Positions 26,809-37,923 of a DNA stretch of 64,000 nt are shown piece after piece; the stretch's first letter is position 1, and every line of letters starts with the position of its first letter. Source of the stretch: Phoronis australis. Its lineage: Eukaryota > Animalia > Phoronida. The DNA lies in NCBI GenBank assembly GCA_002633005.1, contig NMRA01000637.1, forward strand, positions 29,330 to 93,329. Reading direction: 5' to 3'. A program made the translations under genes and the position numbers. The notes under the pieces are model-generated. The model saw nothing but the letters and a program-made list of their open reading frames with translations. It made no database searches and was not told the DNA's origin.

Positions 26809-26839
26809 ATGTACATTCGTCTTCAATCTTGGCTGACAT
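26809..26839 (-). CDS. Candidate alternative first coding exon of PKA-C (MSAKIEDECT)
   Basis: gaaATG TCA GCC AAG ATT GAA GAC GAA TGT ACA T|gtaagt: 31 nt, phase 1, with an upstream in-frame TGA. Confidence 0.4.
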
Positions 26840-27099
26840 TTCATTGCATTGTCAGCTTCTTTAACTAAACACTTTTACTAGCATTATATGTGTGGTCGCC
26901 CGTACTCCATCGCCAACCGCACGTTTTGCAAAAAGCATTTAGAAAATGACACATTTTCGCGCGGTTTCGCTGAAGTGAAAAGTCTGCTCAAATCGGGGAA
27001 AATTAAAGACCTATCCACACGATTGCACACATGTTTTTAGAAAAAGAAGACAGAAATCCATTCCAATTTGATTTACTGTAGATACTCCGTCTGTATCTA

Positions 27100-28000
27100 C
27101 TAAAGCTCTGTCTACATACGACTCCGGTTTTATTTAAAAACGCAACTTTTACAGTACATTTTCAAAGATTTTTCCTATACACGAACATGTATTGTTTTTG
27201 CCGTCCACACGACAGAGCCAGTACGCCCGAAAACCCAACTTGCGTTTGCGCAACTTGCGTTTGCGCAACTTGCGTCGGCGTTATCAAAATTTTCCCGTCC
27301 ATTCGAATAGCCCACACTAATATAAACGTGTCGTTAGTAAATTCATCAAATACGGAGTTTAAAAAATACTCTGCCGGAAGAGCGCTTCCGAAGTCTATCG
27401 TTCTTGCTGTAGTCGAATTCGCTCAATTTCCGTCTTCAAACGAAACTCCGAGAGTAGGTACGTCGTTAGAACAACAGGTTCAGCTTGATGTGTGTTTTCA
27501 ATCGTAACTCCTCGCCGTACACGTAATTTTCCTGAGCGTTTGTCATCTTTTTGTAATTTTATTCAGCACATGATCACTCTTTGTAATTCAATTGTAGATA
27601 TCCGCTTTGTATTTTGACTTTTCCGACTGGGCCCACTTAGAAATCCGTGTATTAGCTGATCGGAAGTAGTTACCGTATCTTTTACGGTTATCTCAAACCT
27701 TATGCACAAAAGTTGGCCATTTTTACAATGTTTCACGTATGTCTATAGACAAAATGAATTCAGTGGATATGATGAGTGGACATAACCGTTCGATAACGAT
27801 ATCCAGGGAGGATTCACTGAATACAGGCGAAAGCGCAACTTTTTCAAAACGTCGTATTCACAGTTCTCGCTTGGACAGGTGAAAAATTTTAATTTTAAAA
27901 ACTTTTCGAAAAGAAAAAATTGCGTTTTCGGTCCTATTACGACATTCGTGTGGACGGGAAAAAACGAAACAAAAACAATACGTGTGGACGCAAAACTAAG
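27100..28000. mobile_element. Harbinger-like non-autonomous element with repeated CGTCCACAC/GTGTGGACG motifs
   Basis: ccgtccacacga at about 27201 versus cgtgtggacg twice at about 27948-27990, repeated aaacgcaactttt/aattgcgtttt motifs and an internal 15-bp tandem repeat at 27236-27274. The superfamily assignment is inferred. Confidence 0.45.
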
Positions 28001-30394
28001 TAATATAACTGTAAGCAGTGTAGATTCACAGTTCAAATTTGCCTACGTACATTTAACCCATAAAGTATTTCTTATTAAGTAAATTCAAGAGCTATTCATA
28101 AGGCTGGCTTGTGTTCGAAAGATCAGAACATATTCTCAATTATCGAAACACATCACTAAGTATGAATATGTAGACATCTGCGGAGTTGTATGTATTCGCG
28201 TTTTCTACAGTGAATTGAACTGGGGCAGCCGGGGGCAGTTATTCATCAACTAAACAACATTTTAAATAAGATTGTCTCGTGTTGAGAAAGTGAATGTCAC
28301 AAAGAGTTATTATAGAGAGTTCATAACCAGTGTTAAAGAAGTAACAGACAGTTTCATAAGTTGAAAGAGAATAACATTTGTAAGCTTGTCTTTAAGAGCA
28401 GAAGGAAATGCAGTGAACTAAAGAAGCGCTCTCTCCCGGAAGTGACAGAAGTGAGATTAAAATCATCCAACACTCGCCCAGCAGACTTTTACTGGCTTTC
28501 TTCTTAAGTCGCGTGATGACGTTCTCAATCAGATTGAAGTGGAGAGACGTAAATCGTTAAAGTTTTGTCCGATATTGAACTTTAGTGGTGAGAGTAATAA
28601 GGAAACACGGTAATATCTTATCAGGGCAAAACTAAATACCATAAAAGACTGAGCAGCAATGTGTTGAATCAAGACAACAGGTGTCGCAGGTAACACGATA
28701 TGCGCTGACATTTTGTGTTATTTACAAGCCCACGTGCGTAACTGCAAAATGTTATCTTATCTTGTAAAACGTTGGAAAATGTAAAAACGTGTCTTGTTAG
28801 GGATTTCAGCGAGAATTCTCCGATCTCTTTTCAGCTCCGGGGGCAAAGAGATTTAACATTTCAACCGCTTGGCGGCGTTCGTGTGGGAGCCATCACACCA
28901 CCCAGCGTCGTAGACAGGAAGGCTGACGCAGGTGAATCGATTTCAAAAACTGAACTAAATCAAATATATTGAAAAGTCAAAGATCGATACATTGGTTTGG
29001 TAAATTCACATCAAAAAGTCAAGCACCGTGAAGTGGCGAGTTTAAGAATGCCCGTACAAAGGGGATGGACACATAGGCCTGCTGAAAAACGCTTCCGTTC
29101 AACGTAGGTGCTGAACATTGAGATCACGAAATATCGGCGTATCGAATGGCCCGTGCATTTAAGCTGAAAAGGTGTAAAATTAAACTGTGTTAAAGGACAT
29201 GTTTTGTCAAAGTATAGTCTACAAAATTCAGTCTTTGGTTTTACGCAAATCAGTCATTATTTTTTATCACGTGACCATGTCTTTTTACTGAAATTTACCA
29301 AAAACGAAAGGTACACTGATAACATAACAGTGGTAATCATACCATGACCAAGTTAAATGTGTTATAAATAGTCAAGACGAAATCTCAAAAAACACTGTTA
29401 CATTTTTCTAAATCTTGAATACCCATTAGTTTTAAGCAACTATTGTTTTTAAAAAATTCTGGAAGACCAAATAAATTTTTGACACTCCCTCATGTGGAAC
29501 ACTTTAAAACTATTCCTGACATTGTCCTGGAGAACAGTGCATATATTAAGTACAATATCATTTGAATCCCATCAACTACCTTTAAGATGTTCCGAAGTCA
29601 GCTAAACTTACATGTTCCATGTCTCCATAAGTTTAACTCAGTCAAATTGTTTCAGTAAGCTCTAGCCATTTGACATGTTGTTTCTACTATGGAACTGAAT
29701 TAACAGCTCACCTGTGGTTAATGATACTGTTTGAAAGGATGGACAACTCTGCCAATACGCTTATCTCTTGGTTACCTCTTTTTGACGTTCTTTGTACACG
29801 ACGCAACGTTCTAAAGCATTTGTTTGCTATAGAATTGGTTAGATAAATATTTTGTGTGTTTGGATAACCTTGGTTTTTAATTTACGTTTCAGGTAGTGAT
29901 TTTGAAGGTAGAACTTAACGATTGATGCAGGTGCGTCCACTCACAATACTTGCCTCTGGGAAAGCTATAATTATTAGGCACTCAAAAAGGTTCATAAAAT
30001 ACTCTGAATTTTGAGTAACAAGAAATAGATTTTCTGGGAGCAAATGGTGTTCACTGCTTTTCTGTCTCTGAAGAATTCCATCGTTCATTTTTTCGAGATA
30101 TAGACCAGCGTCAGCAGTGTCTCCATATGCACATGAGACGGACAGCTGACTGGATTGGCGGCCAAGACGCGATAAGTTTTGATTTTTGAATTAGCGTCAA
30201 ATAGAACATTCTCGCTGACATGTTTACCTTGAAAAACAAAAAAAAACTCAGGGATCATAGAACGGGAAAATCAACATTAGCTCAAATTAAAACCATTTAA
30301 TATTTTTTGCTTGAAAAATAAAATATGCTAGATATAAACTAGCAAATAAAAAACTTGTTCAGATATGTAGAAAATTGTGAGGCGTTACTGAACT

Positions 30395-31378
30395 CAGTGG
30401 CGGATCTAGGATATTACAAGGGGGGCCCAACATTTTGTCCGGTTGCAAGCATTTGCGCAAACTGAACCACGATTGTAGATGCGCATAGCACCGAATGGGG
30501 GAAAAAAATTTCTGTTTTTACCTCTAAAAATCAAGCATTTTCCTTGATTCCTGAAGTATTATCTAAGAACAAAAGGAAAAAAAAAACAAGGAGAACGTGT
30601 GTCCAACAGGAAAAGCTGCACGCACCAACGACTCGAACTCACGACCTGGCGCATAGAGAGCGCGTGCGTTACCACTACACCACCACGATTTAACTACCAA
30701 ACTCCTACTAAAAGACCTACTTGTTTATGGTTCACAGCGTTTGCGCGCGAAACCTACTTCTTTTCGTAATGCTATACGTTTTATATTTTGTGCCATCAAT
30801 TCTTAACAAATTTGTCGTATTTAAAATAGTCTTCAAATGCCCAAAAGACCAAATCCGTTTTTCGTGTTGGCATTGCTTTGGAAATCGTCTTAAGATAAGG
30901 TTTGACAAAGAGAGTATTGCGAGTTTCTGAGTGATTCACTAAGGCTTCGATTAAAATTCACATCTTACCAGCAGCTTCTGTATTTTCATCGTCACTCAGG
31001 TTCCATTTTCTTTACAAAATGAAGTAAATTTTCTTCATTGCACAGTGGAGCAGACGACGAAAACGGAGTCGTAGTGCGCAGCGCCACTGCCGGTGGCCTG
31101 GGATACCGCGGGAGAGCCTATACTTAGCCATAGTTCCGTTGCGAATGCGCCGTGTTCCGAATTTGACACTTGAAATTGAGTTTGATCCCCCCCCCNNNNN
31201 NNNNNNNNNNNNNNNNNNNNNNNNNNNNNNNNNNNNNNNNNNNNNNNNNNNNNNNNNNNNNNNNNNNNNNNNNNNNNNNNNNNNNNNNNNNNNNNNNNNN
31301 NNNNNNNNNNNNNNNNNNNNNNNNNNNNNNNNNNNNNNNNNNNNNNNNNNNNNNNNCCCCCCCCTAAATCCGCCTATG
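30395..31378. mobile_element. Non-autonomous DNA transposon with 5-bp TSD GAACT (spans an N gap)
   Basis: GAACT-CAGTGGCGGATCTAGG...CCTAAATCCGCCTATG-GAACT. Confidence 0.75.
30618..30687 (-). mobile_element. tRNA-like SINE head nested inside a MITE
   Basis: Minus strand has TGGTGTAGTGG (A box), a GCGC/GCGC stem and GAGTTCGAGTC (B box). Confidence 0.6.
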
Positions 31379-31959
31379 GAACTAACTTGAACGTTTCGCC
31401 AACCTCTGCTAAGACAGGATTCTGACTTAAGTTTCCCGCCGATTTTCCGAACTCCGACCGAATCCACCAGATGTCGCACAGATTTGAAAAAGTCAACAGA
31501 GGTTGGCGAAACGTTAATTTTCATCTCAAGTAAGTTCAGTAATTTTCTGCATTTTATACTCGTGCTAAATGAGTCATAACGTACATCGATTTAAAGCTGT
31601 TCAGACTTCATTAAAGCAGCTCTTAACCTGTTTTCCGCCAAGAAGACGAATTTCCGATGACCACTACCGCAGTGCGGATTCGTTGTACTTGCTCTCAAGC
31701 AATAACGAGCTAACAGACCTTTCAATCCCCAAAATTGTGCGCAATTTGAATACGGGAAGCATTGATTTTTAATCTTCCAAACGAGTGGCAGTTTGTCATT
31801 GCTTGAGACTGCTCGGCAAGTAAGATTGGACATGCCGTGATACGCCAACCTGTAGACTCCAGTAGGGGCTGTTCTGGCGAAGGCCAGGAATCTATTTTGA
31901 CTGAGTAATAATTTAAGGCCAACTTAGATAATGTAGCAATGCTGCCATCCTGTCATCTG

Positions 31960-32245
31960 GTGTTCAGGAAGGGGAATAGCCTCTCACAAAACCCGCTCAC
32001 AGCCACAGGTTTTGCTGTATAAATGTGGTGACCCACCAAAGTGACTGAGATCAATCATGAGCATGACGTCACGGTTCAAAACCTTGAATTGTGAATATGG
32101 ATCAAATGTAAGACCAAAAGTCACAAGTCACTTTCATGACGCAGACCCTTGTCACGTGGTTAAAGCTTGCACGTGCAGAGCGAGGACTTGAACCCAAGAC
32201 CTTTCAAATACTACAGTAGCCGGACAGTCTGGCCTCATAGTGCCA
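31960..32245 (-). mobile_element. Degenerate tRNA-derived SINE
   Basis: Minus-strand B box GGTTCAAGTCC near 32180-32195, followed by about 200 bp of SINE-like body. Boundaries are approximate. Confidence 0.45.
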
Positions 32246-33039
32246 TCAAGACTAGACCACATTTTTTCAAACTGGCTAATAGAGTGACGTCAGGCGAAAA
32301 ACCGACAGTTCCTGTCGGAATGACTTTTCATGCGGTACTCCGTTACTTTGAGAAAACCGTTATTATCGAACTAGCTTATTGTCAAGGAGTTAACGAAACA
32401 AGTAAATGTTTGAAACGTGCAACAATCGGTTTACAAAGTAAGTAGTCACAGGCGAGCATAATGGACTACCAGGTAATCAAATTCTCATAAAAGACTTCGT
32501 TCGTTTCCTCAGGGACACCTCTGATGGATTATAATCAATTGCCACTCTATTTCTGTCGTTTCTAAAATTACTTAATCTATGTTCTTTCAAACTTAGAGGT
32601 CCTCCCGGCGGAGGTTGAATTATACAACATTTTTAATTAGGGGACCTTTTTCCGAGGAGCATTCAAGATGAAATCAGTGCATGCGCTTTCTTGCTTTTGT
32701 AAAATCATGCATCAGTGATGTTAAAGGGGTTCACTGCACTCATGAAGGTCCCCTGGCGACGATGGAATCTATTATGAGATATTGAGACATGATAAGCCAA
32801 ACGAAAACAATAATTATGATGGCACTAGCGTTATGTTAATACCAGCGATTATGAAGATAATTATGATGATGGTAGTAATGACGAAGACGACTACGAAGAC
32901 GACGACGCTGATGAATATGGGTTTGACGGGTGTCCGAGTTCGACCAAACGCAATAGACCACTTGCCAGATGTTATGTGCAAGTAACATGTACATATCAAT
33001 CGGAAAATGTGCGTCCTATGTGATACGCATGCAAACGCA

Positions 33040-33270
33040 CTAGGCACAACACATACGCACAGATATGCTTACATATACACATACTTACACACATACATGC
33101 ATACATATATACGTATGTATATGCATTAATACATGCATGTATGTACACTCAGATACACACGCGCACGCACACAGACGCGAAAACGCGCACTCACGCACAC
33201 ACACACGCACGCACGCAGACACACACGAACAAGCATATAAACACACATACATGAGCAACGTTCATACATG
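33040..33270. repeat. Degenerate CA/TA/CG microsatellite
   Basis: Low-complexity alternating purine-pyrimidine tract. Confidence 0.85.
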
Positions 33271-34936
33271 ACGACAAAATATCATACGCGTGACGAGAAA
33301 AGTTAGGGAAATAACAGAATATATGATGCATAAATAAAACAACGGAAGATAAACGTTTGTGGAAATAGGTGTACCGTACTTTCAGCACTGAAACTGATGT
33401 CGCTTAATTCGTGGGTTGGGCAACAGTAAACTGTACATCAACTCTCAAAGACGTCAAAATACAATTATCTTTGATTGATTATTAAAGCCTAGTGTAAAGT
33501 GACTCATTAAATTACTGCCGAAGACCAAATCATAAATAACTTAATCGCTTAATCGATAGACACTGGGATGGCAAGGTATTACGTTAGCTGCCAACAGGTG
33601 TCCTTTTAGGCTGACCAACAAAGTGTATGTCATAGGAACAGAGGTCAGTTTTATCGAAGGACATACTCCCACTACTTGCAAAGACGGCCATAGGCACGTT
33701 TGTATGAAGCGTCAAATGGTTCTTAAACGAGTAGCCTATTCAAGGCACACAACTGCTTATTCAGCGCATAAGTATAATTAGTAGGCCTATGCTTTATTTT
33801 TGTATGCGTATTGAATTATGCCCAATCAAAGACTACGAACAGAACCGGGAGGTTCTCCAAATTCTTTGTAAGGGTAAGGATTTCAATCGATTTTGAGGTA
33901 TTAGGATAAAGTTTCTCTGTTAGAGTTGTCAACCAACAAACATCTCTCACGGACAATTAGCGTCGTGAATGAATGGCATCCTTAAGCAAGTCATAATTAA
34001 CTGAATTTTTATGCACATTATAATTTGAAGCTTACTACTTCCTTACAAAGTCAATTACGCATTCTTTAACAAGCTCGCTATTTAAATATGGGCAAGACTC
34101 TCTGAATTTCAGCATTTGTAGTTGAAATGAAGTACGCGTACTGAAATAAAATATGCGTACATAGGTATGCATACCGTAACATTCTTATTACCATTTATAC
34201 GCATTGAACACGCCATTGTGCGCATTGAAAAAGCACATTTTAACGTGCACAAAAAAGGTCATTTAAAAACTCTTAGAGTTTCATACGCTTTGCGCAAGCT
34301 CCCGGCGCTGCGTTTTTAAATGAGCAAAGCGATGAATTCAATACTATATTACTACGTTATAAAAACGAAGAATTTTATGTGACGGAAAGGTTCAGTAATG
34401 CTCCGCTTTAATACATCAGGGGAAACATTCAGCTTTTTCCTCATCTTCGAAACTCAGACAGTTTATAGCCAAAGTCTTTTATCAAAACCACAACAAATAA
34501 ACCCACCTTTCAATAAAACAAAGTTTGATTTAGACCCCTTACGGTTGTGAAGTTGATCTCAACTTGCTTCTCACTAGGATTAGAAATGACCTGGGTTAAA
34601 GAAGAACTGAGAATTGATTATTGCTTAAGACGAGACCCAATAAGTTGGCTTCAGTCAGTCGACTAGACTGTACCATGTGCACACCATGCGTTTAAACACT
34701 ACCCAACCGTCAGTTCTTCATCCAAAGACCCGGAATCACTTGTAATTTGGTCACAACATAGGTTGAGATCAATTTTATAAAGCCACGCGTCTTAAAACAA
34801 AGTAATTTTCAGGTGGTTGTTTTGCCTGTTTAGAATATGTGTTATCACCTTCCGTTCGCGTTGCGTTTTATATTGTCAGATTGTAGCGCCCTCTCGTGAG
34901 CACAGAAAAGTAAACCAACATAAACTGGCACCCCAC

Positions 34937-35123
34937 CAGTAGCGTCAGTATGAATAAACTTTCTGAAATTGCGACTCATTTGCAATTAAATTGAATGCGG
35001 TTTCTTTTTATGCCTCATCTTTTTAACTTTTGTCAGTACCAGGGTCCATTCACTTGAGTAGAGGGAGGGGCGTCCAATGAAAAAATCGCCCCCCCGGCAT
35101 CACCAAACCTCTGCACGCTACTG
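34937..35123. mobile_element. MITE with CAGTAGCGT termini; partial second copy at about 39725-39810
   Basis: CCCAC-CAGTAGCGT...ACGCTACTG-CACAC (TSD with one mismatch). The internal agtaccagggtccat...gcatcaccaaacct recurs near 39726. Confidence 0.6.
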
Positions 35124-35290
35124 CACACCTACCATAAGTGTTTTTTTTTTGAATTTCGGTTACAGCTGAAACTATTAACGAAACAACAGTTTCAGAAACG
35201 TAGCTCTCACAAGACGCGACGACGAGCATGCAAGACATTGATTTCGGCATTGAGCGTAGCGAAGACGGGAAGTGGCCATCACATACTTAC

Positions 35291-35411
35291 AGAAATCACT
35301 CCATTTCTTTGAATGTTCTGTGGCATGCGACTTTTGCATAAACTGGGCTTGCTGTGGACTAAACTGATGCCCGCCACGTGGTCCAAACAGTTTTTGAATG
35401 AAATCGCTCAT
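35291..35411 (-). CDS. Candidate distal alternative first coding exon of PKA-C (40-aa N-terminus)
   Basis: MSDFIQKLFGPRGGHQFSPQQAQFMQKSHATEHSKKWSDF + T|gtaagt: 121 nt, phase 1, atcATG context, with an in-frame TAA just upstream. Confidence 0.6.
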
Positions 35412-37029
35412 GATGCAGGTTTAGTACTCCAACAATTGCCGATAGGTGTCAGTGGTAAACACTAAGAATGATTGGTGGAACATCCAATGTTCTGCAGGTA
35501 ACTCGTCTGCTTTGGGTGCCTCGACTGCAGGTATCGTCTTACTCTCTTCTTTTGCTCATCACAAACTGCTCACTCTACCACTGGTAAATCTGCAAAATAA
35601 ATCGCATTGCCTGTTACGAACTCGTCAGATACCAGCCGCATGGCTCTTGTCAACGTTATTTATTTCCACAACCGTTTGTTCAAGGCAAAGGAATGACTGA
35701 AATCCCGTATAAATTTGGCAAATTTAACACGGGATGTTGGTTGAATCACCACAGTCGGTGTGGCCAAGGCACCTCACCTATGGCCCGGCGAGGGGGGGGG
35801 GGTTGGGGGGCAGTGCTGGGAGCTTTGAAATAACCTCCCCAAGCTCTCACATACGAAGCAAGATAAAAGGTTTTCGTTGAAATAGTGTGCTGTTTTAGAG
35901 TCTTCCATTAAGAGACCAGTATACACGTTCAATGGCATCCCCTTAATGTAGCTGTTTGTTAAGAGTTAAAGCCATGTACTGTAATGACAGACACAAATCA
36001 AACAATGATCATCAAAGTTGCGCAAATGTTACCTTGCATTGCGACTTTCCAAAGCAAGGAATGACTCTGGACTCCACATTAATTTAGTAACTCAAGTGCC
36101 GTGCAAACATTTCTGAAACGAATGAACCGCTAAAGAATGACACGGTTCTTCAAACATCTTAACACTTGAACCTTATGTTTTTTTTAAATCCTAGATGGTC
36201 ACTGGCACACGTTATGTGCACAAAAAATGCGTGGCCACTTTGTTTAGAACGTGATAGTAAATTTATGATTTTCTGTGGTTACATCTCTTTTTGGAGTATT
36301 TTTCATGAATTAAGGACAGCAAATAATTTTACAGAAAAAAATCGTACTGAAAGATTTAAAAAGCACTTTTGATCCATATATTCCTTGTAATATCTACTAT
36401 TTTAGGAGCTGTGAACGTAACAAATTTTACATATCGTTTGCAAATTCTGTAATCCAAGCAACCAAGTCCAAATACATCTAGTGGGGTTTCATCTTTGATA
36501 AAGAAATTTGAAAGCAAAACTGTAGTAGTGACAGACAATTACATAATATTCTGCATAGCGCTTACAAAATCAATGTCATCGACTAGCACGCTTGTAGTTC
36601 TTGTAAACGACAAATATTCGTCAGAGGAAATATTAAAATAAATACAATCATCACAAAAACTATCGTTTTAATTGGAAAAATATCAGAGTGATAATCGCAA
36701 GATCTAACTTGTTTTTTCTTAATATGTAAAAATGTTTATTCTTCTAAAACAAGACGTCTGGTTCCAAATATTCAAGATGTCATTCACTTGTTACTATACT
36801 ATTTGACTGTCATCAGTTTTTATTACCTAAAAATTGGGTTTATAGAAAAATTTGAATAATCTTAAAGTAGTCTGCAGAACTTTTTCTCTATCTAAATAAA
36901 TTCCAATGCTGCAGTGAAAAGTGGTGGATGTATATGTGTGTCGACGTAGCTCCTCTGTTTTTTGATACCGTTATTTTATGTATAGTGTTCGTTGCTTAGC
37001 ACTAAATATTAAAAAAAAATCCTTCACTG

Positions 37030-37923
37030 ACCGTAATTTCCACATTTAGGCACTAGCAATTCTGTCCTCCAAAAGTCTGTATTGCCTTGGCAACACGGGA
37101 GCAAAAAGTTATAGTCAAATTGAGGGCAACGTCGGCTTGTCGAAAATGGCCAACCTCAAAATAAGATAAAACAAAAACGAAAAAATTTATCAAAACAAAA
37201 AGAATAATACCAATAAACTCTATTCCCCTCACAGTGTATCAGGAAAAAGTGTTTTCTTGCCTTATTTCGTGACGCGATTTTTCAAGAATCGCCAAAACAA
37301 CCAAAGACATTTGATATTCACCTCAGTGTGAAACGTCTGTTTCAAGGTAATAGTCGGACCACATGCGCGCACCCTGCCTGTAATATGAGGGGGGGGCTCG
37401 AATTTCCGAAGATGTGGACCTTTCACTAACCAAAAAGCCGGAGAACTGAAAAAAATGGGGTACCACTTCCGGAGCTGTGAATTATGTGTTTATGCCTTTT
37501 TAGTGGACTTTTGTTTCGTTTTCTCGGACTTGTTCTTGTTTCTCTGAGGCAAACCTTTTTGCCCACGTCGCCAAATGGGGGGAGGGGGCTCGTTCGAGCG
37601 GGTGTTTGTTGAGAAAGGGGGGGGGTGTGTAAGCGGTGCCATAGCCTCGGGTGGTATGAAAATATCAGCTATTTTTGCATAAAGTGCTTTTTAATTAAGT
37701 TAATAAATATATTGATCGCCAACACTTTGCTCGTTTTTATAAATGATAAGTGCTCCATAAAACCGAATAATTTGTGGCTAAAAGTTGACGCTGAGTTGAA
37801 TTCTAAAAGGAAATTTTCGGAATAAACGCCTCACTGTCTGGACACTTGACACCATGGGCGTTTATTCGGCATAATATTCCGAATAAACGCCCATCAGGGG
37901 GCTTATCTACGGACAATTACGGT
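37030..37923. mobile_element. Tc1/pogo-like MITE remnant
   Basis: ACCGTAATT...AATTACGGT termini, with subterminal gaataaacgcc/ggcgtttattc repeats at 37820-37892. Confidence 0.45.

Noticed and set aside
33089-33098. ATG TAT GTG T|gtaagt phase-1 start exon
   Set aside because: It lies inside a TG/TA microsatellite where ATG and GTAAGT arise easily by chance.
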